A stretch of 64,000 bases of DNA. It comes from Thermoanaerobaculia bacterium (GTDB lineage Bacteria; Acidobacteriota; Thermoanaerobaculia; Multivoradales; JAHEKO01). The stretch is from the NCBI GenBank assembly GCA_947259725.1, contig CAMYNM010000020.1, forward strand, positions 18,584-82,583, read 5' to 3'. Positions 9,687 to 19,787 of this stretch are shown piece by piece; within the stretch, counting starts at the first letter, position 1, and each line of letters opens with the position of its first letter. Under the pieces are notes generated by a model. The model was not told the origin of the DNA and did not search any database. It saw only the letters and a list, made by a program, of their open reading frames with translations. The position numbers and the translations under genes were made by a program.

Positions 9687-12600
9687 ATGGCGAAAGCAGG
9701 CAAGATTACTGTCGATGGCAACGAAGCCGCCGCGTCGGTCGCGTACCGGTCGAACGAGGTCATCGCCATCTACCCGATCACGCCGGCTTCGCCGATGGGC
9801 GAGCTCGCCGATGCCTGGTCCGTGGAGGGACGCTCCAACGTCTGGGGTCAGGTGCCTGACGTGGTCGAGATGCAATCCGAAGGCGGAGCCGCGGGCGCGA
9901 TTCACGGCGCCATCCAGGCGGGCTCGCTGGGAACGAGCTTCACCGCCTCGCAAGGGCTGCTGCTCAAGATTCCCAACATGTACAAGATCGCCGGGGAGTT
10001 GACGCCGTTCGTTCTGCACGTCGCGGCAAGGTCGCTGGCTACCCACGCCCTGTCGATCTTCTGCGATCACTCGGATGTCATGGCCGCCCGGCAGACCGGC
10101 TTCGCGATGCTCGCCTCCGGGTCGGTTCAGGAAGCGCACGACCTGGCGGCCATCGCCCAGGCCGCTACGCTCGAATCGAGGATTCCGTTCCTCCATTTCT
10201 TTGACGGCTTTCGGACCTCGCACGAGATTCAAAAGATCGACGAGATCACCGACCAGCAGCTTCGAGAGCTGATCCAGTTCGAGTGGGTCGAAGCGCATCG
10301 CGAGCGCGCCTTGAGCCCCGATCGACCGGTTCTACGCGGCACCGCTCAGAACCCGGACGCGTTTTTCCAGGCGCGCGAGGCCGCCAACGGCTTCTACGAC
10401 GCCTGTCCGGGAATCGTACGCGCCACGATGGCTCGCTTCGCCGAGCTCACCGGCCGTTCGTACGACCTGTTCGAATACGCGGGGCACCCGGATGCCGAGC
10501 GGGTGCTCGTCTTGATGGGCTCGGGCGCCGAGACCGTGCACGAAGTGGTAGATCGTCTGGCCTCCGCCGAGGAGCGAGTCGGGGTCGTCAAGGTGCGACT
10601 CTATCGGCCCTTCGACGTCGAGGCCTTTGCTCGGTCGCTGCCGCCCTCCGTGAAAGGAATCGCGGTGCTCGATCGCACCAAGGAGCCGGGCGCGGTGGGC
10701 GACCCACTCTATCTGGACGTGGTCACGGCGATCCGCGAGGCCGAGGCGCTCGGCGTCTCGAGCTGGTTGGCCACCCCGGGCGTCGTCGCGGGTCGCTACG
10801 GTTTGTCGTCCAAGGAGTTCGATCCAGCGTGCGTCGAAAGGGTCTTCGCAGAGCTTGCCGAGCCGTCGCCGCGCAACCACTTCACCGTCGGGATCGTCGA
10901 TGACGTCACCCACAGATCGCTCGATATTTCGCGAGAGAGCGCGCCGAAGGCCGACGGAACCGTCGGCGCCCTCTTCTTCGGCTTGGGCTCGGACGGCACG
11001 GTGAGCGCCAACAAGAACTCGATCAAAATCATCGGTGGGCAAACCGAGAAGCAGGTTCAGGGATACTTCGTCTACGACTCGAAGAAGGCCGGAGCGGTGA
11101 CGGTCTCCCACCTGCGCTTTGGGGACCGGCCGATCCGCTCGGCCTATCTGGTGGATCAGGCGGCATTCGTGGCCTGTCACCAGTTCGACTTCCTGGATCG
11201 TTTCGAGGTGCTCGAACGAGCGGGCCATGGGGCGACGTTTCTGCTCAATTCCCCGCACGCCGCGGAGGACGTTTGGGACTGGTTGCCGAGCGAGGTGCAG
11301 AAAGAGATCCTCGAAAAGGACCTCGCCTTTTGGGTGATCGACGCTTACGGTTTGGCTCGCGAGCTCGGCCTGGGTGGGCGGGTCAACACCATCATGCAGG
11401 CCGCCTTCTTCGCGCTGACCGATCTCCTGCCCAGTGGCAAGGCGCTGGCGGCGGTCAAAAAGGCGCTCGAGAAAAGCTACGGAAAGCGTGGCCCGGTGCT
11501 GGTGGAGAAGAACTTTCGCGCGGTCGATGCCGCGGTCGAGCGCCTTCACCGAGTCGAGATTCCGAAAGACGTGAGCGCGACTCGACACCGTCCGCCGATC
11601 GTGGCCGCCGAAGCGCCCGACTTCGTGCAGAAGGTGACCTCGGTGATGCTGGCGGGCAAGGGCGACCTGCTGCCGGTGAGCGCGTTCCCGATCGACGGCA
11701 CCTGGCCGACAGGCACCAGCCGGTGGGAGAAGCGCAACATCGCGCAGGAGATTCCGGTCTGGGAGCCCGACGTTTGCATCCAGTGCAACCACTGCGTGCT
11801 GGTCTGCCCGCACGCCGCGATCCGCTCCAAGGTTTTCGATCCCGCTCTCGAGAACGGTGGCAACGGCGCAGCCCCGGCTAGCTTTCTTTCGGTCGACTAC
11901 AAGGCTCCGGACTTCCGCGGCCTTCAGTACGCGCTCCAGGTTGCGCCTGAGGATTGCACCGGGTGTCACCTGTGCGTCGAGGTGTGCCCCGCCAAGGACA
12001 AGGCCAACCCGCGACGCAAGGCGATCAACATGCGGCCGCAGCGGCCGATACGCGATCGCGAGCGCGAGAACTACAGCTACTTCCTCGATCTTCCCGACGT
12101 CGACCGGGCCCTGATCCCGCGCGTCGACGCCAAGGGGTCTCAGTTCATGGAGCCTCTGTTCGAATACTCGGGAGCCTGCGCGGGCTGCGGCGAGACGCCG
12201 TACGTCAAGCTCATGACCCAGCTCTTCGGCGACCGCCTGTTGATCGCCAACGCCACCGGCTGCTCATCGATCTACGGCGGCAACCTCCCGACAACTCCGT
12301 TCACCAAGAACCGTGACGGTCGGGGGCCGGCCTGGTCGAACTCGCTGTTCGAGGACAACGCGGAGTTCGGGCTGGGATTTCGATTGGCGGTCGATCACCT
12401 GGAGAAGCAGGCTCGTTCGGAGCTCGCCGAGTTGGCGCACCGGGTCGGCAACGGGCTGGCGGCCGAGATCCTCGAAGCCGAGTCGCGTGGCGAAGGCGAG
12501 CTCTCGGCGCAGCGCAGCCGGGTCGAGCGCCTTCGGACCAAGCTCATCGCGATGAATGACCCACGCGCCGACCGGCTGGCCGGGATCGCCGACTACCTGG

Positions 12601-13295
12601 TCCGCAAGAGCGTCTGGCTCCTGGGCGGCGATGGTTGGGCCTATGACATCGGTTACGGCGGCCTCGATCACGTTCTGTCGCTCAAGCGCGACGTCAACGT
12701 TCTGGTCATGGACACCGAAGTCTATTCGAACACCGGCGGCCAGGCGTCCAAGGCGACGCCACTCGGCGCCTCGGCGAAGTTCGCGGTGGCCGGCAAGGAG
12801 ATCGGCAAGAAGGATCTGGGGCTCGAGGCGATGAGCTACGGTCATGTTTACGTGGCCTCGATCGCCTTCGGCGCAGACATGAACCACGCCGTCAAGGTGC
12901 TCGCCGAGGCGGAGTCGTACCAGGGACCGTCGCTGGTGATCGCCTACAGTCCTTGTATCGCGCACGGCTACGATCTCGCCCAGGGTGTCGAGCACCAGAA
13001 GCTCCTGGTCGAGTCGGGAATCTGGCCGCTCTACCGGTTCGATCCGCGGCGCACGGTGCAAGGGCTGCCGCCGCTCAAGTTCGACTCCAAGACGCCGAAG
13101 CGCAAGGTGAGCGAGGTTCTGCCGCTCGAGACCCGGTTCCGGATGGTCGAGAAGCTCGATCCGGCCCGCTACAAGAGATTCCTGGCGGAGAGCCAGAAGC
13201 ACGCCGAGCGCCGCTATGCGATTTACCAGCAGCTCGCCAGCGTTACGGTGCCCGCGGGCGAGGGTCTCGAGCCGCCGGCCGAGGGATCGAAGTGA
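9687..13295 (+). CDS. nifJ: Pyruvate:ferredoxin (flavodoxin) oxidoreductase, single-chain type
   Basis: DGNEAAA, YPITP, MQSEGGAAG, two ferredoxin CxxCxxCxxxCP motifs, ACAGCGE, GGDGWAYDIG (TPP binding). Confidence 0.97.
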   Translation: MAKAGKITVDGNEAAASVAYRSNEVIAIYPITPASPMGELADAWSVEGRSNVWGQVPDVVEMQSEGGAAGAIHGAIQAGSLGTSFTASQGLLLKIPNMYKIAGELTPFVLHVAARSLATHALSIFCDHSDVMAARQTGFAMLASGSVQEAHDLAAIAQAATLESRIPFLHFFDGFRTSHEIQKIDEITDQQLRELIQFEWVEAHRERALSPDRPVLRGTAQNPDAFFQAREAANGFYDACPGIVRATMARFAELTGRSYDLFEYAGHPDAERVLVLMGSGAETVHEVVDRLASAEERVGVVKVRLYRPFDVEAFARSLPPSVKGIAVLDRTKEPGAVGDPLYLDVVTAIREAEALGVSSWLATPGVVAGRYGLSSKEFDPACVERVFAELAEPSPRNHFTVGIVDDVTHRSLDISRESAPKADGTVGALFFGLGSDGTVSANKNSIKIIGGQTEKQVQGYFVYDSKKAGAVTVSHLRFGDRPIRSAYLVDQAAFVACHQFDFLDRFEVLERAGHGATFLLNSPHAAEDVWDWLPSEVQKEILEKDLAFWVIDAYGLARELGLGGRVNTIMQAAFFALTDLLPSGKALAAVKKALEKSYGKRGPVLVEKNFRAVDAAVERLHRVEIPKDVSATRHRPPIVAAEAPDFVQKVTSVMLAGKGDLLPVSAFPIDGTWPTGTSRWEKRNIAQEIPVWEPDVCIQCNHCVLVCPHAAIRSKVFDPALENGGNGAAPASFLSVDYKAPDFRGLQYALQVAPEDCTGCHLCVEVCPAKDKANPRRKAINMRPQRPIRDRERENYSYFLDLPDVDRALIPRVDAKGSQFMEPLFEYSGACAGCGETPYVKLMTQLFGDRLLIANATGCSSIYGGNLPTTPFTKNRDGRGPAWSNSLFEDNAEFGLGFRLAVDHLEKQARSELAELAHRVGNGLAAEILEAESRGEGELSAQRSRVERLRTKLIAMNDPRADRLAGIADYLVRKSVWLLGGDGWAYDIGYGGLDHVLSLKRDVNVLVMDTEVYSNTGGQASKATPLGASAKFAVAGKEIGKKDLGLEAMSYGHVYVASIAFGADMNHAVKVLAEAESYQGPSLVIAYSPCIAHGYDLAQGVEHQKLLVESGIWPLYRFDPRRTVQGLPPLKFDSKTPKRKVSEVLPLETRFRMVEKLDPARYKRFLAESQKHAERRYAIYQQLASVTVPAGEGLEPPAEGSK

Positions 13296-13308
13296 TCGGA
13301 GTGCGTTG

Positions 13309-14307
13309 ATGGAGCTGAAGACCTCGTATCTGGGCCTCGAGCTCGCGCATCCGCTGATGCCCGGAGCTTCGCCTTTGGCCGATGATCTCGACACCGTCAA
13401 GCGGCTGGAAGACGCCGGAGCCGCGGCGATCACCCTGCGCTCGCTGTTCGAGGAGCAGATTGAGCACGAGCAGATGGCGACCGCGGCGTTTCTGGACGAG
13501 CCGGCGCATTCGTTCGCCGAAGCCATGAGCTACCTGCCGTCACCGGGCGACTTCGCGCTCGGGCCGGAGGAGTACTTGAATCAAGTCCGGCTGATCCGGG
13601 AAGCGGTCGCGCTGCCGGTCGTCGGGTCCCTCAACGGCACTCACAGTGGCCGCTGGCTCGAGTACGCGAGCCTGATCGAGGAGGCCGGGGCGTCGGCGCT
13701 CGAGGTCAACCTCTACGAGCTGGTGACCGATCCCAAGGTGAGCGCGAGCTGGGTGGAGGACTCGAGCGTCGTGATGATCGCCGAGCTCGCCGGCCGGATC
13801 GACATCCCGTTCGCGGTCAAGCTCTCGCCCTACTACTCGGCGCTGCCGAGCTTCGCGGCGCGGCTCGAGCAGGCCGGCGCCGCCGGGCTGATTCTCTTCA
13901 ATCGCTTCTACCAGGCCGACATCGACATCGAGGAGCTCGAAGCGGTGCGAAGCCTCCACCTGTCGGATTCGAGCTCGCTCCTGCTCAGGCTGCGCTGGCT
14001 GGCGATCCTGTCGAGCCAGAGGGAGTGCTCACTCGCCGTGTCGGGCGGCGTGCACAGCGTCGAGGACGCGATCAAGGCGATCATGTGCGGGGCCGACGGC
14101 GTCCAGATGGTCTCGGCGCTTCTCCAGCACGGCCCCGGGCGACTCACCGAGGTCCGCAACGGCCTGCGCGACTGGCTCGTCGATCACGAATACGAGTCGC
14201 TCGACCAGATGCGCGGCAGCATGAACCTCGCGCACTCGCCCGATCCCGCCGCCTTCGAGCGCGCCAACTACATGCAGATCCTGCAGAGCTGGCGTGGCGT
14301 GAGCTGA
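13309..14307 (+). CDS. Dihydroorotate dehydrogenase-like flavoprotein (PFOR-associated)
   Basis: LKTSYLGLEL, SLFEEQI, VKLSP, LFNRFYQ, SGGVH, FERANY. Confidence 0.88.
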   Translation: MELKTSYLGLELAHPLMPGASPLADDLDTVKRLEDAGAAAITLRSLFEEQIEHEQMATAAFLDEPAHSFAEAMSYLPSPGDFALGPEEYLNQVRLIREAVALPVVGSLNGTHSGRWLEYASLIEEAGASALEVNLYELVTDPKVSASWVEDSSVVMIAELAGRIDIPFAVKLSPYYSALPSFAARLEQAGAAGLILFNRFYQADIDIEELEAVRSLHLSDSSSLLLRLRWLAILSSQRECSLAVSGGVHSVEDAIKAIMCGADGVQMVSALLQHGPGRLTEVRNGLRDWLVDHEYESLDQMRGSMNLAHSPDPAAFERANYMQILQSWRGVS

Positions 14308-14379
14308 GGCGATGTAGACCGATCGAAGCGGTAGACTCGCGGCTGAACTCTCACCGCGACGAGCTTTTGGGAGCCAGCC

Positions 14380-14664
14380 ATGTGCCGAAATATCCGTCCC
14401 CTGTTCAATTTCGAGCCCCGAGCGACCGACGAAGAGCTCCGCGACGCGGCACTCCAGTACGTGCGCAAGATCAGCGGGATGCGCGCGCCATCGAAGGCCA
14501 ACGAGGCGACTTTCGAGCGGGCGGTGGATGAGGTCGCCGCGGCGACTCGGCGGTTGGTTGACGGCCTCGAAACGACCTCGCCGCCGCGCGATCGCGACGA
14601 GGAGCGGGCCAAGGCCCGGGCACGCTGGAAGAAACGTGCCGCGCGGATCGCATCGACCGCCTAG
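14380..14664 (+). CDS. DUF2277 family protein
   Basis: MCRNIRPLFNFEP..T.EE...AALQYVRKISG signature; GGGAG RBS. Confidence 0.85.
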   Translation: MCRNIRPLFNFEPRATDEELRDAALQYVRKISGMRAPSKANEATFERAVDEVAAATRRLVDGLETTSPPRDRDEERAKARARWKKRAARIASTA

Positions 14665-16094
14665 CTGGACGGAACCTCGAACTCGATCGGACCGACGCCT
14701 TCGCACGCCGGGCCCAGCCCTTCGAGGGTGCCGCGTTTGAGAAACTCGATCGCCAGCGGCCGGGCGCAACCGAACGAGGCGTTGTGCCCTTCGTTGCGGG
14801 CGACGACGTGGCGAGTGTTCGAGAGATGCTCGGCCGCGCGGTCGGCGACGCCGTCGGGTGTCGAAGGATCGTAGTAGCCCGAGACCATCAGGACGGGCGC
14901 GTCTGAGGTGACCGGTCGGGTGAACTCGGCAGGTTCCGGGTTCGAGCGCCAGGCTTTGCAGGCATCGCCGTACTGATCGAGAAGATAGCGGCCGAGGAAC
15001 GATTTGCGGGTTGGCCCGGCGATCCGTTCCCAGTCGATGAACGGGATGTCCTCGGCGCAGTAGACCGCGAAATGAACGCCGAACGCGATCGATGGCCGCA
15101 CCGCTGCGTCGCGGCGCCAATGGACCTCGGCAAAGGCGCTCAGGTCTCCGGTCTGGGCGGCGCGATGGATCATCGCCGGGAGACTGGCGGTGCGGCCCGC
15201 GTTGTAGAGGATTCCGCGGATCGTGTAGGCGAAGTCGTTGCGGTGCATGCGGACTGTCGTCGTGCCGCTCTCGGCTTCGAAGCTAGTCGCGACCGGACCG
15301 CGCGCAAAGAGCCCGAGTACCTTCTCGAATTCCTTGCGGAGCTCGGGATACGCGGCGGCGCAGGAGGTCTGGTTGCCGCAGTCTTCGAAGACCCGCCCGA
15401 GGGCGCGCTGGGCGGCCGGAGCGAAGCCCGACGGCGCGGCGAAATCGGTGGGCACGACACCGTCGAAAAGCGCGCCCGCGATGCTTGCCGGATACTCGCG
15501 CAGGTAGACGAACCCGGTTCGGGTGCCTCCCGAGCCGCCCCACAGCAGGACCTTTCCGTAGCCAAGCCACTTCCTGACCGCTTCGAGGTCTCGCACCGCA
15601 TGGCGGCTGGTGTATAGGGTGACGTCGGCGTGCTGTTCCGCGGCCTCGAGACACTCGGCGACGTGGTCCGGGTCGAACAGCTGTCCGAAGGCGAGCTCGG
15701 GATGAGCTTCGGTGTCGGTCTGGCAGAGAATCGGGTTCGAGCCGCCGCTGCCTCGATGGTCGACAAAGACGAAGTCCCTGACCTTGCTGACTTCCGCAAA
15801 GGGCTTCTCGGCGAGCCGGGTGAGGTCGGTCGCGGATTGGCCCGGACCGCCGGCGAGCATGAACACCGGTTCGAGCCCGCTGGACTCGGCGGCGCGCAGG
15901 ACGACGATCTCGAGAGAGATCTTGCGGCCCTGGGGGAGGTCGGCGTTTTCCGCAACCTCGAGGTGGCCGCAGAAGGCGCGAGGACCGAGCTCCTCGTCTT
16001 CGCACGGGAAGAGTGCCCCTGAGCTCTCGGCGTCGAGACGCAGAGCGATGAAGGCGACGACGATCCAGCAACTCAAAGCGACTCGTGGCTTCAT
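14661..16094 (-). CDS. Secreted alpha/beta hydrolase (TAP-like peptidase)
   Basis: Signal peptide, LAGGPG, DHRGSG, G-x-S-x-G nucleophile (GGSGG), YDPSTP, EGH. Confidence 0.88.
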   Translation of the reverse strand: MKPRVALSCWIVVAFIALRLDAESSGALFPCEDEELGPRAFCGHLEVAENADLPQGRKISLEIVVLRAAESSGLEPVFMLAGGPGQSATDLTRLAEKPFAEVSKVRDFVFVDHRGSGGSNPILCQTDTEAHPELAFGQLFDPDHVAECLEAAEQHADVTLYTSRHAVRDLEAVRKWLGYGKVLLWGGSGGTRTGFVYLREYPASIAGALFDGVVPTDFAAPSGFAPAAQRALGRVFEDCGNQTSCAAAYPELRKEFEKVLGLFARGPVATSFEAESGTTTVRMHRNDFAYTIRGILYNAGRTASLPAMIHRAAQTGDLSAFAEVHWRRDAAVRPSIAFGVHFAVYCAEDIPFIDWERIAGPTRKSFLGRYLLDQYGDACKAWRSNPEPAEFTRPVTSDAPVLMVSGYYDPSTPDGVADRAAEHLSNTRHVVARNEGHNASFGCARPLAIEFLKRGTLEGLGPACEGVGPIEFEVPSS

Positions 16095-16151
16095 TTCCGC
16101 GGTCCTTTCCGGTTCGTGCGCTTCTGGTACGGCTGCGGGTCGCTCGGAGTT

Positions 16152-17726
16152 TCAGGAGGCTTCCAAACGCTCACCGGCGTCGCGAGCGCGAGCGATCCTC
16201 GAGCCTTCCTCCTTGGCGACGTAGCGGCCCGAGATCCAGAAGCACACAAAGGCCGCGCCATAGGCGAGCATGGCAAACAGGAGCGCGCGCTGCAGACCGT
16301 CCGCGGCGCTCAGCCCGCCTTCGGCGAAATGGTCGCTCAGCTTGCCGATCGTGTACGGCCCGAGGGCGAGGCCGACGAAGGTCATCGACAGCAGGTAGAA
16401 GGCCGAGGCCGTCCCGCGCATTCGCGGCAGGACGATTTCGTTGGCGAGCGCGATCGCCGAGCCGATCCAGAACGGTGTTGCGAGCTGAAACAGGAACACA
16501 AGAACGTAGGCGGTACGAAGCTCTCTAGCGTTCAGGAAGAACAGGGCCGCGACCGAGGCGACGGCGGCGGTGCCCATGCCGACCAGAAGTCGCGCCTTGG
16601 GGTTGCGCTCTTTCAACCAGTCCGAGAACACTCCGCCCACCGTGACGCTGAGCCAGCCCGCGACCGCGGTGATCAGCCCCAGGACGAGCCCCACCTGACT
16701 AACGCTGGTGCCGAAGGTCCGGATGAAATAAGGAGCGAACCAGAAACCGATGCCATAGCCGACGAACGACATGAAGCCGAAGCCGATCATGCCGAAGATC
16801 ATGGTCTTGCTCTTGTAGATCAGGGCGAACGCCGGCGGGTCGCGGTGAGCCAGCCCCTGGAGCCACGAGAAGAAGGCGTACAGGCCGATCGCGAGCGCGA
16901 CCCACTGGGTGGTGTCCCCGGTCAGGGCGACCAGGCCCCAGGCGCCCAGGCCGCAGCCGGCGGCGATCGCGAGGTTGCGCAGAACGCCGCCGAGCCCGAG
17001 AGCGCTTCGGGCGATCGAAAGGACGGTAAACGGAGGCACGATGCTCGCGAGCTCACGGGCCAGCTCGCGAAACGGGTGCGGATGGTCCGCGGGGGTGGCG
17101 AGGCCTTCCGAGGCGCCGCGGATCGGTTCGCGCAATGTCGCCACCCAGAGCGCCATGGCGATACCGGGGAGGCCGACGCCGAAGAAGGCCGCCTGCCAAC
17201 CCACCAGGCCGAAGGGTCCACCCGCGGGGTACGCCTGGTTCCAGGTGTCGACGATCCAGCCGCCGAGGAACATGCCGATTCCGGAACCGAGAAAGACGCC
17301 GCTCGAGTAGATCGCGACCGCGGTGGCGCGGCGGCGCGGCGGAAAGTAGTCGCCGAGCATCGAGAACGCCGCCGGGCTCGCGCTGGACTCGCCGATGCCG
17401 ACGCCGATCCGGTACGCGGCCAGTGCGCCGAAGCCGCGGGCCGTGCCCGACAGCGCGGTCATGGCGCTCCACGCGAAGAGCCCCAGCGCGATGACCTTCT
17501 TGCGGCTCCAGATATCGGCCAGCCGGCCCAGGGGGATGCCGAAGATGGCGTAGAAGACCGCGAACGCGGTGCCGAAAAGAAACCCCAGGCTGGCGTCCGA
17601 AAGTCCCAGGTCGGCCTTGATGTCTTCGGCCAGGATCGACAGGATCTGGCGATCGATGAAGTTGAAGACGTAGACCAGGACCAGGACGGCGAGCGCGTAG
17701 TGCGGGTAGCGAGACGTCGGCCGCAT
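16152..17726 (-). CDS. MFS transporter (spinster-like)
   Basis: NFIDRQIL, GRLADIWSRK motif A, RIGVGIGE, DYFPP.RRA. Confidence 0.92.
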   Translation of the reverse strand: MRPTSRYPHYALAVLVLVYVFNFIDRQILSILAEDIKADLGLSDASLGFLFGTAFAVFYAIFGIPLGRLADIWSRKKVIALGLFAWSAMTALSGTARGFGALAAYRIGVGIGESSASPAAFSMLGDYFPPRRRATAVAIYSSGVFLGSGIGMFLGGWIVDTWNQAYPAGGPFGLVGWQAAFFGVGLPGIAMALWVATLREPIRGASEGLATPADHPHPFRELARELASIVPPFTVLSIARSALGLGGVLRNLAIAAGCGLGAWGLVALTGDTTQWVALAIGLYAFFSWLQGLAHRDPPAFALIYKSKTMIFGMIGFGFMSFVGYGIGFWFAPYFIRTFGTSVSQVGLVLGLITAVAGWLSVTVGGVFSDWLKERNPKARLLVGMGTAAVASVAALFFLNARELRTAYVLVFLFQLATPFWIGSAIALANEIVLPRMRGTASAFYLLSMTFVGLALGPYTIGKLSDHFAEGGLSAADGLQRALLFAMLAYGAAFVCFWISGRYVAKEEGSRIARARDAGERLEAS

Positions 17727-17739
17727 GGGGAGAAACGGG

Positions 17740-18762
17740 CTAGACGGTGCGGGCGGGCCGGAAGATCCGATCGTGGACTCTGAGCGCGTAGCGATCGGTC
17801 ATGCCCGCAACCACATCGAGAACCTGAGTCACCAGGGGCTCTTCGCGCAACCGGTAGCTCTCGGGCATCTCGTCGGGGTGCTCGAGGTAGTAGTCCACCA
17901 GGTCACGCAAGATCCTAACCGCCTTGGCCGCCTGGCTCTTGGACTCGGGTCTCAGGTAGACGTTCTCGAACATGAACTTCCGAAAGCCGTTCATGGCGTC
18001 GAGGATGGCTGGATCCATCGAGACCTCGCCTAGGCGCAGCGATTCTTCGATCACGGCGTGGATCATGGTCGAGACCCACTGCCGCCCCGGTTCGCCAAAC
18101 GCGCGACGACTCTCGGCCGGAAGCTGGTTCCGGCTCAGGATGCCGGCGCGCACCGCGTCTTCCATGTCGTGAACCAGGTAGGCGATGCGATCGGCGTAAC
18201 GGATCAGCATGCCCTCCTGAGTCGCCGGGCCGGGTTGGATCTTCCAAGTGTGCGCCCGGATGCCGTCGAGCACCTCCCAGCTCAGATTGATCGGCTCGAG
18301 CCGGCTGAAGACCCGCACGCCCTGCTCTGAATGGAGCCACTCGCCTTCGACGTAGGGCGAGAGGGCCTCCTCGCCGATGTGCCCGAAGGGAGCGTGCCCG
18401 ACCTCGTGGCCCAGGCAGATCGCCTCGGTGAGCGTTTCGTTGAGGCCGAGAGCCGCGGCCAGCGAGCGCGCGATCTGCGTGACCTGAAGGGTATGGGTGA
18501 GCCGGGTGACCACGTGGTCGCCCTCGGGATTGATGAACACCTGAGCCTTGTGCTTGAGCCGCCGGAAGGGCTTTGAGTAGAGGATCCGGTCGCGGTCCCG
18601 CTCGAAGCAGGTGCGATAGGTGTCGGGACTCTCGGCGCGCTCTCGCCCGCGACTGTCCGCGGAGCAGACCGCGATGGGAGACAGGCACTCGCGCTCGCGC
18701 TGTTCCCGGATGTCGCGCGTGAGTTTCAGGAATCCGGTTGTTGTCGCGTCGCTGACTGCCAA
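17740..18762 (-). CDS. dgt: Deoxyguanosinetriphosphate triphosphohydrolase-like protein (short dGTPase)
   Basis: RT.FERDRDRI, FRRL.HKAQV, TRLTH, GHEVGH.PFGH, ADRIAY..HD.ED, AGMTD; TTG start with AGGGAG RBS. Confidence 0.88.
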   Translation of the reverse strand: MAVSDATTTGFLKLTRDIREQRERECLSPIAVCSADSRGRERAESPDTYRTCFERDRDRILYSKPFRRLKHKAQVFINPEGDHVVTRLTHTLQVTQIARSLAAALGLNETLTEAICLGHEVGHAPFGHIGEEALSPYVEGEWLHSEQGVRVFSRLEPINLSWEVLDGIRAHTWKIQPGPATQEGMLIRYADRIAYLVHDMEDAVRAGILSRNQLPAESRRAFGEPGRQWVSTMIHAVIEESLRLGEVSMDPAILDAMNGFRKFMFENVYLRPESKSQAAKAVRILRDLVDYYLEHPDEMPESYRLREEPLVTQVLDVVAGMTDRYALRVHDRIFRPARTV

Positions 18763-18815
18763 GACTGCTCCCTGCCGGTGCCTACGAAGTTGGCGAGTCT
18801 AGCAGCCCGTTCAGG

Positions 18816-19685
18816 TCAGGTGACCGCCCGGGGCGGCGAATAGAGCCAGATCACCCAGATCACGCCGGCAAGGGTCAGCGCGCCGCCGGCGAGTTGCAGC
18901 GGGGTCAGGCGGTCACCCAGAAACACGGTGCCCATCACCAACGTCAGAACAACCGTGAGTTGAAGAATCGCTCCGGCCTGGAGGTTGGTGACCCAGCGAT
19001 AGGCGTAGGTCATGAGCAGCTGGGCGGCGACGGAGGCGCCGCCTACGACTGCGAGAAGCAGCCACTCCGAAACCGTCGGTACCGCCATGTCGGCAAGACC
19101 GAAGGGTGCGGCGCAGAGCAGGCCGAACAGGCTGAAGCTGCCATAGATCGACCAGGAGCCCTCGGATCGACGGGCGGCTCGGATCGCGGTCACGGCTGCG
19201 CCGGAAAGGACGGCCGACGCGAGGGCGGCGCCTTCCCAGGGGCCGATGCTGAGGAGCTCTCCGGATGCGGCGTCACCACCGGCGGCGAGCACCATGCCGA
19301 CGAGTGCCAGCGCCGTGGGCGGCACGAGGCGGCGGTCCACGGGCTCATCGAGGAACAGGGCTGCGAAGAAAACGCTGAAGACCGGCGAAGAAAAATTGAG
19401 AAGGGTCGCGAGGCCCACCGGGATGTGAGCGATGGCCATGAAGTAGAGCAGCACCGCCGCCCCGCCGCAAAAGCCCCGATAGAACAAGAGATCGGCGCGT
19501 TGAAAGTCGAGAGCTCGCACGCCGAGCCGAGGTATGAACAGAAACGGCAGGAGCATGATGGCAAAGCGAATCGTGGCGATCTCTCCTCCCGGTAGTCGTG
19601 CCGAGACGACTTTTGTCGAGCAAGCCATCAGCGCGAAGAAGACCGCCGAGAGCGCGATCAGGAGTAGGGGATGGCGAGGTGGCAT
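18816..19685 (-). CDS. DMT/EamA family transporter
   Basis: About 10 hydrophobic segments in two EamA repeats; real start ATG 19685 (the long ORF extension is spurious). Confidence 0.88.
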   Translation of the reverse strand: MPPRHPLLLIALSAVFFALMACSTKVVSARLPGGEIATIRFAIMLLPFLFIPRLGVRALDFQRADLLFYRGFCGGAAVLLYFMAIAHIPVGLATLLNFSSPVFSVFFAALFLDEPVDRRLVPPTALALVGMVLAAGGDAASGELLSIGPWEGAALASAVLSGAAVTAIRAARRSEGSWSIYGSFSLFGLLCAAPFGLADMAVPTVSEWLLLAVVGGASVAAQLLMTYAYRWVTNLQAGAILQLTVVLTLVMGTVFLGDRLTPLQLAGGALTLAGVIWVIWLYSPPRAVT

Positions 19686-19787
19686 GAGCAGCCGGAGCAG
19701 CCGGGCAGATGGAAGTGCTCGGTCCGGCGAGGTTAGGGGAGTCGTGCGCCTGTTGGTAGAGTCTCTTCGAGTCACGCCGATTCCGCT

